This document shows, in pieces, positions 1 to 8,618 of a stretch of DNA of 41,586 nt. The notes below the pieces were generated by a model. That model saw only the letters and a program-made list of their open reading frames with translations. It did no database searches and was not told where the DNA came from. Position numbers and translations under genes: made by a program. The DNA is from Candidatus Bathyarchaeota archaeon (lineage in GTDB: Archaea; Thermoproteota; Bathyarchaeia; Bathyarchaeales; Bathyarchaeaceae). Each line of letters opens with the position of its first letter. The first letter of the stretch is position 1. The DNA lies in NCBI GenBank assembly GCA_020352535.1, contig CP070679.1, positions 872,501 to 914,086 of the forward strand. The letters run 5' to 3'.

Positions 1-386
1 ATTCCTTCTTCATCAATCAGGAACGTGGTTCGTTCTGTGCCCATGAATGTTCTACCAAAGATGCTTTTCTTCTTCCATACGCCATAGAGGTCTAAAGCCC
101 TTCCCTTTGGATCGCTGAGCAAAGTGAAAGGCAATGCATGTTTCTGCTTGAATCTCAGATGAGACTCGACGCTGTCCTTGCTTACTCCTAGTATTACGGC
201 GCCTTCTTTCTCAAACTCTTTGGCTGCATCCCTGAACTCAATAGCCTCACGAGTGCATCCTGGGGTCTCGTCTTTGGGATAGAAATAGAGCAACACTTTC
301 TTGCCCCTGTAATCTTTCAAGGATACCTTTCTTCCATTATCTGCTACCAAAGTGAAGTCTGGAGCCTCTTCTCCTTCATTGACCAT
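1..386 (-). CDS. bcp: Peroxiredoxin, Bcp/PrxQ type (N-terminus at 386; C-terminal end runs off the window)
   Basis: Not in the ORF track because it is open at the window edge. Manual minus-strand translation from the ATG at 386-384 gives MVNEGEEAPDFTLVADNGRKVSLKDYRGKKVLLYFYPKDETPGCTREAIEFRD...FTLLSDPKG...ERTTFLIDEEG. YFYPKDxTPGCT is the Bcp/PrxQ peroxidatic-Cys motif. Confidence 0.85.
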   Translation of the reverse strand, partial: MVNEGEEAPDFTLVADNGRKVSLKDYRGKKVLLYFYPKDETPGCTREAIEFRDAAKEFEKEGAVILGVSKDSVESHLRFKQKHALPFTLLSDPKGRALDLYGVWKKKSIFGRTFMGTERTTFLIDEEG

Positions 387-536
387 TTCAATTACCCTGC
401 CTAGCCTATGCCTTTGTGAGATTTAAGACAAGTGTTTCTTGGCAACTGCGAACCGACCATGTGCGCGTAGTGCCCCTCTCTATAGAAATCCTATGCAAGC
501 CAGCTAAATTACTAGCTAAGAATCATTGAATGGCTG

Positions 537-1058
537 CTATTTAAATTCGACAACTATGGCCACTTCGTTTCTACGCAAGAACCAAGGAGTGAAAGGCGCA
601 TTATATCGCATCGAAAACACCTTTCCCCTAGTCTTTATTCCTGCTCTCGCTAGTTCTTCAAGCATTTCTTTTGACTTCTTTCGAAATATTGAATCAGACC
701 AGCGACCGGAAAACCGCAGCGCAGCGACGGCTCTTTCAGGGATTTCCAAGATTTGGACGCGATCATCAAGAGGTTCAGGGGTAGTTTCAAGCGTGAACCC
801 TTCGGGCATTATAAAGGTCATAGAGTTAGTTTCGGACAAGACTGGTGCAGTCATCGCTATTTGCTCCGAAACCACAGGAGCCGTCATAGCAATATTTAAT
901 CTCTGGCGGTTATTACCTTGGATGAATCGGAATAGAATGTTGAAACCGCCATCACCATACTGATCAACTCTAGCAGCCACCAATAGCGGGTAACGTCTAA
1001 TCTCCGTCCTGCCAATTTTCTTCAGGACTTCGTATGTTGCTTGCTCGACCATAGTCAA
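537..1058 (-). CDS. SOUL/HEBP-family heme (tetrapyrrole)-binding protein
   Basis: 173-aa ORF. It has the twice-repeated IAMTAPV motif (IAMTAPVVSEQIAMTAPVLSE) and the C-terminal YNAPFTPWFLRRNEV signature remembered for SOUL proteins. The antisense ORF 526-963 is spurious. Confidence 0.7.
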   Translation of the reverse strand: MTMVEQATYEVLKKIGRTEIRRYPLLVAARVDQYGDGGFNILFRFIQGNNRQRLNIAMTAPVVSEQIAMTAPVLSETNSMTFIMPEGFTLETTPEPLDDRVQILEIPERAVAALRFSGRWSDSIFRKKSKEMLEELARAGIKTRGKVFSMRYNAPFTPWFLRRNEVAIVVEFK

Positions 1059-1198
1059 TTATCAAAAGTTGGGCGAATATATTGATTATCCTAGTCTAAC
1101 CACACTTTTATTCTACCTGACCAAGCGTAGGAAGAAGCTTCGACAGATAAATAGAAGTAAATCCTTACTCAATGTTATTCCAAGAAGAAGGTGATAGG

Positions 1199-2023
1199 AT
1201 GAATTACCGAGAGAGAATGAAGATTATAGCAAAGTCATCTATTTCCTTCAGTTACTTGAAAAAGTTCAACTTAGGCGCAGGAATCCTGCACCTATCACAG
1301 GGACTAGTAATGCTAGCCCTTGGCACACTTCTAACTTGGGAACGAGACATATACACGTTTTACTTGAAACTGGAAATTACTTTTGGGCCTCCACCCGTAT
1401 TCAACATTGCGCCAGACCCTCAAGTCTTCTTCACCCTTAGTTACCTAGGCATAATCGTTGCGTCATTTCCACTGCTTTCAGCTCTGGCCCACTTCCTAAT
1501 TGCTTATCCTAAGAACAAAGACTACAATGAGAATTTGAAGAAAGGAATAAACCCGTACCGCTGGTTCGAATACGCATTCTCCAGTTCCATAATGATAGTG
1601 TTGATTTCCATGTTTGTAGGAGTCTGGGACTTCTGGTCTCTGATAATGATTTTCGTGTTGAATGCCACGATGATTATGTTCGGATACTTGATGGAGTTGG
1701 TGAACCAGAAAACCGAAAGAACCTCTTGGTCAGCATTCATTATGGGCTGCATTTCCGGAGGCGTTCCATGGATAGTCTTATTCGCTTATTTCGCTGCAGC
1801 AATAACGTCGACAGGCACCAATCCGCCAGCATTTGTATATCTAATATTCTTCATTTATTTTGCTCTGTTCAATGTTTTCGCTTTGAACATGGTTCTGCAA
1901 TACAGAAGCGTAGGACGCTGGAGAGACTACCTCTATGGCGAACGAGTTTACATCATATTGAGCTTCATAGCCAAAACGGCACTAGCTTGGCTTGTCTTCA
2001 TTGGAGTATTCGCGCCATTCTAA
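1199..2023 (+). CDS. Heliorhodopsin (7-TM retinal protein)
   Basis: By-eye alignment to remembered HeR 48C12: FNLGAGILHL, LSALAHF, NPYRWFEYAFSSSIMIVLIS (counter-ion Glu), NATMIMFGY, GGVPWIVL, GERVYIILSFIAKTALAW (Schiff-base Lys, nt 1973-1975). The ATG at 1199 is preceded by GGTGA; an alternative ATG lies at 1172. Confidence 0.85.
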   Translation: MNYRERMKIIAKSSISFSYLKKFNLGAGILHLSQGLVMLALGTLLTWERDIYTFYLKLEITFGPPPVFNIAPDPQVFFTLSYLGIIVASFPLLSALAHFLIAYPKNKDYNENLKKGINPYRWFEYAFSSSIMIVLISMFVGVWDFWSLIMIFVLNATMIMFGYLMELVNQKTERTSWSAFIMGCISGGVPWIVLFAYFAAAITSTGTNPPAFVYLIFFIYFALFNVFALNMVLQYRSVGRWRDYLYGERVYIILSFIAKTALAWLVFIGVFAPF

Positions 2024-2062
2024 ACTTTCAAAACGAGCTGGCTAGTATTTCTTGCGTGCGTT

Positions 2063-2248
2063 GTGGGTATATGCTCAATCATAATTGGAGGGACTGCGGA
2101 AATCCTAGTGTCCCACATTATATGGTTCGGTAGAAGTTCATCTCTATATCCAATCACGTCTTGGCTTCTTTTTTGTATTCCACCAATTGTGCTCTCCATT
2201 CTAGGTCTGATTTTCATCGTGAAATCCAGGAAGGAGTTCTCAAAGTAG
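2063..2248 (+). CDS. Hypothetical small 2-TM membrane protein
   Basis: 61-codon ORF with a GTG start, 40 nt downstream of the heliorhodopsin stop on the same strand. It has two hydrophobic segments and a basic tail (KSRKEFSK). No family recognised. Confidence 0.3.
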   Translation: MGICSIIIGGTAEILVSHIIWFGRSSSLYPITSWLLFCIPPIVLSILGLIFIVKSRKEFSK

Positions 2249-2424
2249 AAGAAATGGATTAGTAGGTGTGTAGGATTCGCTAACGCGTGGCTGATTAATT
2301 TCCCAATTCCAGTCTCAAGCGTATACCCGCGGGAATTAACCTATTATTGTTTCGAGCCCCCAACCTACCGGATACTTCTCCCACAAACCATAAAACCTGA
2401 AGGAGGAGAGTATGCGATAGGTCA

Positions 2425-2886
2425 GTGGCGATGAACGGGTCAACAGTGAAGGTTGGTTCTTGGTTCATGATGGCTATGGGGTGCTTCGCCCTAGCCACAG
2501 CAGTGTTGTGGATATTTATGACTGAAGTGGCCTTTGTGAGTGATTTCGCAGCGTATACGGGTCAGCCTTACTCTGATTTCCTGGCTAACAATCCTCAACC
2601 AGCGGAGCTGTGGCTGCTCACAAAGAGGTTGATCGGAGTCGAACGACTGGTGACAGGCCTCCTGATTATTGCCATCACGCAGAAGAGCTATCGTAGAGGA
2701 GAAAGATGGGCGTGGTTTACCCTGCTGATTGCGGGAGTCTTAACGTGGGGTTGGTTGATAGGCTACCGAATGGCCATCGGATACATGGAAAGCGTGGGAA
2801 TGGTTACGCCTATAGTCGGACTAGTACTCCTCGTTGTTGGCTTGGCTCTTCCCGCCAAGGCAATCCTGGGCAAGAAGACTGCTTGA
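2425..2886 (+). CDS. 4-TM membrane protein, unknown family (paralog A)
   Basis: 153-aa ORF with four hydrophobic helices. It shares the motif SYRRGERWAWFTLL with the convergent neighbour (GYRKGEKWAWYTLW). Confidence 0.6.
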   Translation: MAMNGSTVKVGSWFMMAMGCFALATAVLWIFMTEVAFVSDFAAYTGQPYSDFLANNPQPAELWLLTKRLIGVERLVTGLLIIAITQKSYRRGERWAWFTLLIAGVLTWGWLIGYRMAIGYMESVGMVTPIVGLVLLVVGLALPAKAILGKKTA

Positions 2887-2930
2887 ATGCGCGTGCGCTA
2901 GCATAAAAAGGGGGAATTCCCTGATTCTGG

Positions 2931-3371
2931 CTATCTTGGGAAGTACTTTTTGTAAGGGAGGAGGAGCCCCAGCAGCGATATGCTCAGAATCGGGATAAAC
3001 TCTAGCATCTGAAAGACGTCACCAAGAAAGATCGCGTTGAAGAGTGCGCTGCTCACCAAGAGACCGGGCACGAGCCACAGGGTGTACCACGCCCACTTTT
3101 CTCCTTTGCGATAGCCTGTTACGGTGATGGCTAAGACTAGGAATGACCAGCTCACTTTGAGCAGCCCCAATCCCCCATACATGAAGCGAATCAAGTTAAT
3201 GGTTATAGGGCTCGAAGCCTCGAGCTCACTCCAGGATATGTTTAGGACACGTTGAACTTCATTCTCTGCTAATCCGTCCGGAAGGAATGCTTGGTTTAGG
3301 CCAACCACAACCCACAGTAACCCTAAAGCTAAGTATATCCCCCATCCGTACTTCTCGAATACCTGCTCCAT
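2931..3371 (-). CDS. 4-TM membrane protein, unknown family (paralog B)
   Basis: 146-aa ORF with the same topology and motif as 2425-2886, arranged tail to tail with it. Confidence 0.6.
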   Translation of the reverse strand: MEQVFEKYGWGIYLALGLLWVVVGLNQAFLPDGLAENEVQRVLNISWSELEASSPITINLIRFMYGGLGLLKVSWSFLVLAITVTGYRKGEKWAWYTLWLVPGLLVSSALFNAIFLGDVFQMLEFIPILSISLLGLLLPYKKYFPR

Positions 3372-3501
3372 CAGAAAACACCAGACCCAGATTGAATCAA
3401 ATGTATAAAGAGCTTATGCAAACGACCGCCTTGGGTCCGTTCTTAGTAGGGATTAGGTATCGGGTCAACGCATATACTTTAGGGTACAGGGCTACTATGT
3501 T

Positions 3502-3744
3502 CTATTGACTGAAAATCGCCTTGCATTTAAGACAAACATCGCAGACTTCTAGTCCCTTTTCTGTTGTTTGCCAAATTCCTTCAGTTTCCTTAATCCAGCC
3601 AGCTTTATTAAGAATATCCAAGTAGCCGTTCACCTGCGTAAAAGACAGATTGCATATTCCCATTATCCTTGTCTTCCTTTTTCCCTGCTTGGTAGTTTCA
3701 AGTATTTCTAATATGATTTGAGGAGAAGTCCTTCTTCTACTCAT
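3502..3744 (-). CDS. Small archaeal winged-helix DNA-binding protein (HTH_45-like)
   Basis: 80 aa: SPQIILEILETTKQGKRKTRIMGICNLSFTQVNGYLDILNKAGWIKE...WQTTEKG fits the small archaeal wHTH pattern. It has a C-terminal CDVCLKC. Confidence 0.6.
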   Translation of the reverse strand: MSRRRTSPQIILEILETTKQGKRKTRIMGICNLSFTQVNGYLDILNKAGWIKETEGIWQTTEKGLEVCDVCLKCKAIFSQ

Positions 3745-4132
3745 CCAATACCCCTTGCTTCTCTGGCACTTCAGTATTACATTCTTCTTTGTAGACCTAT
3801 AAGACTTTCAAACGTATTTATGTCCTAGATGGCTTTTCTCAGGTTTCTGATACAAGCTCTGAGAATGTATCAGTACTCTGCCTCCTTGGGCGCCTTGTAC
3901 AGTTTCCTTCGACCTTCCTTTCTGGGAATTATCCAAACCTATGGTGACCAATTCGTAAGCTCTCACATCGCCTTGAATCCAACAGGGTTGAGTTGGTATA
4001 CCGTCTAGGGGAACCCGCGAGCCCCGACCAGGGGAGATATGACGAATCAGGATTCCCGTAAATCAACCTACTAGACTTTGGCGTGCGAAAACAGCAGAAG
4101 GACTAAAGTCCTCCAGAAAGAATGATACAACT

Positions 4133-5065
4133 ATGACAGACTCTACCCTTGATACTCAGGTTCATTCCCTCAGATTCGGGATTGCTACAGTCCAGAATGT
4201 CTCTTGGAGGAACTTGGTCGAACGATGGCGGTTTATTGAGAAGGCAGGTTTTGATAGTATTTGGGTAGCTGATCATTTCTTACATTGGAACAGGCAGATG
4301 ATGCCCTTTTTCGAGTCATGGTCCATTCTCTCTGCCTTGGCTTGTCAAACTTCAAGAGTCCGTTTTGGAGCTTTAGTGACTGCGATGCATTGGCGTCATC
4401 CTGCATGGCTGGCCAGACAAGCTCTTACAGTTGACCACATCTCGAATGGCAGATTAGAGCTTGGTCTTGGGGCAGGTGGTAGTAGTGAAGTTGAATATCT
4501 AATGACTGGCGTCAAAGAATGGAAGCCAAGCGAGAAAGTAAATCGTTTCCTTGAATATGTGGAAATTGTTGATCAACTCCTTCGTAATCCTGCTACGACT
4601 TATCGTGGGAAATACTACCAACTAGAAAATGCAGTGATGCAACCTGATCCAGTACAGAAACCTAGACCCCCCATTACTATAGGCGCCTTTGGTCCTCGCA
4701 TGCTACGAATAGCAGCACGATATGCTGACACATGGAACACACTGGGAAATCCTATTTCCAGCAAAGAAAGTATGACGGCGGTCAAGAAACGCATTAGTCT
4801 GCTAGACAAGCTTTGCAGGGAAATTAACCGCGATCCTCAATCATTGAGACGATCTTTTCTACTGTATGAGCATGAGGCAATGCATAACATCAGTAACATG
4901 AGGCTCTACGAATCGACAGAGGTAATTGAAGGTGTAGTCAAAGAGTGTCTGAATCTTGGATTTACAGAAATTATCTTTCTCTATCCCTTCATAGAAGAGG
5001 AAGTTCCTGTATTCGAGCAGATAGCTAAAGAAGTAATTCCAGAACTGCGAGAAGCTAGCTTATGA
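4133..5065 (+). CDS. Luciferase-like monooxygenase (LLM) class flavin/F420-dependent oxidoreductase
   Basis: 310 aa. Contains GFDSIWVADHF, RFGALVT, NGRLELGLGAG and PPITIGAFGPRMLRIAARYADTWN, typical of LLM/F420-dependent oxidoreductases. Confidence 0.8.
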   Translation: MTDSTLDTQVHSLRFGIATVQNVSWRNLVERWRFIEKAGFDSIWVADHFLHWNRQMMPFFESWSILSALACQTSRVRFGALVTAMHWRHPAWLARQALTVDHISNGRLELGLGAGGSSEVEYLMTGVKEWKPSEKVNRFLEYVEIVDQLLRNPATTYRGKYYQLENAVMQPDPVQKPRPPITIGAFGPRMLRIAARYADTWNTLGNPISSKESMTAVKKRISLLDKLCREINRDPQSLRRSFLLYEHEAMHNISNMRLYESTEVIEGVVKECLNLGFTEIIFLYPFIEEEVPVFEQIAKEVIPELREASL

Positions 5066-5126
5066 CTCAATTATGCAATGGCATTTATTTTCGCTAACTG
5101 GCCCCCATATAGGTGTCCGAGCAGAC

Positions 5127-5133
5127 TTTTTTT
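5127..5133 (+). terminator. Oligo-T tract downstream of the LLM gene (archaeal-type terminator candidate)
   Basis: T7 run about 60 nt after the stop at 5065, in a convergent intergenic region. Confidence 0.35.
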
Positions 5134-5181
5134 CGGGAAACGGCTATAGTCGAGTCGTCTTCCCCGCGCATTCCCCGCAGG

Positions 5182-5187
5182 AAAAAA
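5182..5187 (-). terminator. Oligo-T tract (minus strand) downstream of 5205-5624
   Basis: A6 on the plus strand equals T6 on the minus strand, 18 nt after the minus-strand stop. Confidence 0.35.
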
Positions 5188-5204
5188 GCTCCGCGGATTC
5201 CAGC

Positions 5205-5624
5205 TCATTCGTGAATCTCAGTCACTCTTGATAGTACGTAAGCTTCTCTTGCCCATGTGTGAATCCAATAGTCAAGGTCGTCGCTTATACCCTTGATGTT
5301 AGACTGAGCTCCTTCGATGGTAATCTGGGCCACTATGATTGTGTTAGGTTTGAAGTGAAATCCCCACGCGTTGTTGAATTCTTGCACAATGCCGCCAATC
5401 CACATTTGTGTCTGGTTCTGATGTAACTCGACAAGCTGACTCCAAATCGTGTCGCTTGTAGTTTCTACTGCGATTATGTCGCCTTTCGAATCCGTGATGA
5501 CTGCCCATCTATCTGTTTCGTGTGTTGTCTTCCCCAGATAATCTGTATAGCTCATGTAACTATAGATTGAAGCAGCCGCAATCACAGTGGCAAGAATACA
5601 GACTAGAGCAATCCACCTTTTCAT
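5205..5624 (-). CDS. Hypothetical membrane-anchored/secreted protein
   Basis: 139 aa with an N-terminal signal/anchor helix (MKRWIALVCILATVIAAASIY) and then a soluble domain. No family recognised. Confidence 0.55.
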   Translation of the reverse strand: MKRWIALVCILATVIAAASIYSYMSYTDYLGKTTHETDRWAVITDSKGDIIAVETTSDTIWSQLVELHQNQTQMWIGGIVQEFNNAWGFHFKPNTIIVAQITIEGAQSNIKGISDDLDYWIHTWAREAYVLSRVTEIHE

Positions 5625-5697
5625 TATATCCCAACCATCCTATTGGGTATGCACATATACTTTTTCCTCGGTGTCTGCTTCATAGAATTCCATTGGT

Positions 5698-5886
5698 TTA
5701 TTCCTCCGCCAAGACTGCGCTGAACACTAGGGCAACGATGAAAAGGAGGCCTGAACCGACAAAAGGTCCCCCAATCCCAGCTGCGTACGACTCTCCAACC
5801 CAGAATAGCAGGATAGAAATTACTAGCACAAAGATCCAAATGAAGGTAATTATCAAGTTCCTGCTTCTCACGGAACCACCTTCCAT
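5698..5886 (-). CDS. Hypothetical small 2-TM membrane protein
   Basis: 62 aa with two clean hydrophobic helices, directly upstream of and co-oriented with 5205-5624. The competing 94-aa ORF in another frame looks non-protein-like. Confidence 0.4.
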   Translation of the reverse strand: MEGGSVRSRNLIITFIWIFVLVISILLFWVGESYAAGIGGPFVGSGLLFIVALVFSAVLAEE

Positions 5887-6185
5887 GACTATAATCAGGG
5901 ATTCTCAATAATCATGTTCCTGAACAAAGTTCAAATATTGAACGAAATCCCTTTAGAGAATGGAACATTATTCAATAGTGTAGTAAATCAGGATTTTTTA
6001 AATGGATACGCCATGGACCTATCTATTGCTCCTAAGGCAGAAGAGCCATAGCTTGCACTCCTGCACTGGTCACTTCTTTCCAGAAGCCTAAACTAGAATA
6101 CCCAAACCTAGAATATACAATGGGAGCTATGCGCACGTGAAGAATCCATACTGACTTACTCTATCCCCGTAAGGAGAAAGAGAGG

Positions 6186-6773
6186 ATGAGAATTATCAGA
6201 AAGCTTCTCATGAATAGTCTAGCAAAACTTTCCAGGAAGCCAAAGGCAAGTGTCTCACTCAAGCGGTTAGAAGGCTTCACCGTAGATATTGGTGCTGGTG
6301 GAGAGGGTGTAATGGCCAAGGCATGCGGAAGGAATACAGTAGGTATTGACATTAACAAGAGGGAAATTAATGAAGCTAGGTCTAGGGGTTCTCGTGCTCA
6401 ATGGGTTCTAGGTGATGCTTGCTCCATGCCCTTCAGAAATGGCAGCTTCGATGCAGCCACATTCTTCTTTTCACTTATGTACATTAAAACGACCAAACGA
6501 AAGTTGGCTACATTCATAGAGGCCAGAAGAGTTCTCAAATCGGATGGACTACTCTGCTTGTGGGCTGCAATAATCGGTGAAAAACCAGGTCTACACGCTC
6601 TATTCTTAGAGATTCGCCTACCAGATAATGGAGAAATCTTTACAGGATACGGAGTAAGGGGAACGGAAAAAAAGCAAAATCTGGAACTCATAAACAAGTT
6701 AGCCAATAAAGCAGGCTTCACAGCTACTAGTACTGAAGCCCACAAGAATTGGATTGAAGCATATTTTCGCTGA
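6186..6773 (+). CDS. Class I SAM-dependent methyltransferase
   Basis: Motif I VDIGAGGEG, post-I/II GDACSMPFRNGSFD and LKSDGLL. AGGAGAAAGAGAGG lies upstream of the ATG. Confidence 0.75.
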   Translation: MRIIRKLLMNSLAKLSRKPKASVSLKRLEGFTVDIGAGGEGVMAKACGRNTVGIDINKREINEARSRGSRAQWVLGDACSMPFRNGSFDAATFFFSLMYIKTTKRKLATFIEARRVLKSDGLLCLWAAIIGEKPGLHALFLEIRLPDNGEIFTGYGVRGTEKKQNLELINKLANKAGFTATSTEAHKNWIEAYFR

Positions 6774-6879
6774 ACACCTCTGTTATGGGCATCCAATAGT
6801 TCAGTAGGTTGATCTGCGCACGCGCATGCGCGTTTGGTTGTTGCCGGTCTATCTACCAGCCTTTCGTGCACGTGCAGTG

Positions 6880-7575
6880 CTAAGAAGAGATTGCAGCTGC
6901 ACTGAATCCCTTAACTATCAACCATATTGCTAGAACCATTTCTTGGGCAGCTATTGGAAGAGCGAAGATTTCTATCATTGGAGGACTGAAGCCGAACATA
7001 CGTATAGGCCAGGTTACCAACCACAGTGCGCCTCCAATAAGACCCCAGGTTGATAGCCATCGAGGAACAAGCTTTGACTTGTACAACACATAGCTGAACA
7101 CCGGAACACTCAGTAACCATGCTATATCCACCAGAAGGGAGCCCCAGCCAATCGCTGCTAATAGCAGAGCGCCTGAAGCTTGATAATATGAGGCATCCGG
7201 AGCTCCTGCAGCTACAAATTCTCTACTTAATGACAATAGCAGTAGCAAGCTAATTACATTAGCCGCATCGAAAATCCCCTCGAATATTCTAGCGCCAACA
7301 TACCCAAGAGCCAACCCTTCATCATGTTTTCTCAAGATTGGAAAAATCACAATCGGGATGGCAACAACTGAAGCGGTCATAGTCAACCAAAGAAGCGCTC
7401 CCACTAGAACTTGGGTTTCGTTTGCTGAAATGGCATTGAGATAGTCAGGGTCGCCCTCAGTTCCTAGGAAGCCGAGTGGTACAACGCCAAGTGGAATAGC
7501 ACTCGTGATAGGCGCTGCTGTCGCAATGATAAATAGCACTCCCGCAATCATCGCTGCTTTTCTATGTGAATCCAT
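6880..7575 (-). CDS. Multi-pass membrane protein (DUF4386-like)
   Basis: Start moved to the ATG at 7575 (MDSHRKAAMIAGVLFII), which is preceded by GGTGGTGA. Six or so hydrophobic helices. The DUF4386 assignment is from memory of that family's N-terminal pattern. Confidence 0.55.
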   Translation of the reverse strand: MDSHRKAAMIAGVLFIIATAAPITSAIPLGVVPLGFLGTEGDPDYLNAISANETQVLVGALLWLTMTASVVAIPIVIFPILRKHDEGLALGYVGARIFEGIFDAANVISLLLLLSLSREFVAAGAPDASYYQASGALLLAAIGWGSLLVDIAWLLSVPVFSYVLYKSKLVPRWLSTWGLIGGALWLVTWPIRMFGFSPPMIEIFALPIAAQEMVLAIWLIVKGFSAAAISS

Positions 7576-7669
7576 ATTCACCACCTTCTCCTCATTCCCT
7601 ATTTTTACATTTAACAATTGTTATCACACGCACAGCGTACATGCAGATTGATAAAGAGAAGCTAGAAAG

Positions 7670-8581
7670 ATGATACCTAGTATGATTGTCCCACCCAAAC
7701 CCAAGAAGGTAATCCAGGGCTACGTCCAGATTAGCCTAGCATCGGTTCTATGGGGAACCATGGGAGTCCTTGCGAAACTCTCATTTAACTTCGGCATACA
7801 TCCAACGACTTTGATTGCTCTGAGGCTGGTCACAAGCTTCGCGATATTATCAGTTGCTCTTATACTGGTCAAAAGGGATTCGTTGAGAATCTATAAAGTC
7901 GACATAATCTCTCTTCTAGCTCTTGGCATATTGGCCACAGCTCTTCAAAGAATTGCCTATTTCTACGCGGTGGATTTAACAACAGTGACTGTGGCAGCCA
8001 TCCTCTTCTACACTTATCCTATCTTTGTGACGCTTTCAGCCGTGATTTTCCTGCATGAGAAAGTCTCTTCTCGACTGCTGGTTCCAATTGTTCTAACGTT
8101 TCTAGGCGCTGCACTTGTGGTGAGAATCTATGATACGTCTTCAGTCAGTGCCAATCTTCAAGGAATTGTATTTGGACTGCTTTCAAGCCTCCTTTTTGCC
8201 CTCTACTTCCTGATGACCAAGAGACTTAGGAGGAAGTATTCTGGTTGGACAATTATCCTCTGTGGTGACGGGATAGGAGCTTTAGTACTCCTTCCAGTCA
8301 TCGCTCTTGCCACATCTGAGATTGCAGTGTTTCCGCTACAGTTGTGGCTACTGATTCTTGCCATCGCTTTGGTTCCCTCTCTTCTAGCCTACATACTGTT
8401 CTCACATGGCTTGAAGCATGTCAAGGCTTCGAAGGGGAGTATACTCTCTGTGATAGAACCTCTATCAGCAGCTCTCTTCTCCCTAATCATTCTTGGAGAA
8501 AGTTTCGAAATGCTTCAGATACTGGGTGTAATTCTTGCTTTGGTAGGTGTTGTCCTACTTCTCAGAGCAGATCCCGCTTGA
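7670..8581 (+). CDS. EamA/DMT-superfamily transporter
   Basis: 303 aa with ten hydrophobic helices in two similar halves. Typical EamA patterns are present (SLASVLWGT..., AALFSLIILGE). Confidence 0.8.
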   Translation: MIPSMIVPPKPKKVIQGYVQISLASVLWGTMGVLAKLSFNFGIHPTTLIALRLVTSFAILSVALILVKRDSLRIYKVDIISLLALGILATALQRIAYFYAVDLTTVTVAAILFYTYPIFVTLSAVIFLHEKVSSRLLVPIVLTFLGAALVVRIYDTSSVSANLQGIVFGLLSSLLFALYFLMTKRLRRKYSGWTIILCGDGIGALVLLPVIALATSEIAVFPLQLWLLILAIALVPSLLAYILFSHGLKHVKASKGSILSVIEPLSAALFSLIILGESFEMLQILGVILALVGVVLLLRADPA

Positions 8582-8618
8582 AGCTAATGCCCGTGCCCAG
8601 TTACACACGAATGAGGAT

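Noticed and set aside
851-900. Internal duplication IAMTAPVVSEQ-IAMTAPVLSE in the SOUL protein.
   Set aside because: As far as I recall, two copies of this motif are a normal feature of the SOUL/HEBP fold. It is not a recent tandem repeat.
526-963. Track ORFs lying antisense to, or in alternative frames of, well-supported genes. Examples: 526-963, 1522-1752, 1726-2133, 6398-6871, 9391-9654, 12015-12476, 21502-22074, 23645-24297, 25366-25749, 27216-27653, 29331-29825, 29912-30456, 33603-34237, 38655-38957.
   Set aside because: Each overlaps a gene with clear family motifs on the other strand or frame. Their translations are low-complexity or Ser/Arg/Cys-rich with no recognisable motifs. They are typical shadow ORFs.
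3986-4068. Possible structured RNA in the 390-bp gap upstream of the LLM gene. A closing helix GGTTGA/TCAACC encloses GGGG...CCCC and GGGA...TCCC stems. CTGATAC-N13-GTATCAG also lies upstream, around 3847-3873.
   Set aside because: The helices are short and several alternative pairings are equally good. I cannot match it to any riboswitch or sRNA class from memory. It needs covariance or Rfam evidence before being called.
6087-6115. Direct repeat CTAGAATA (6093-6100 and 6108-6115) upstream of the methyltransferase gene.
   Set aside because: These are only 8-nt AT-rich words in an AT-rich promoter region, so chance occurrence is likely. The second copy may simply be the TATA box.
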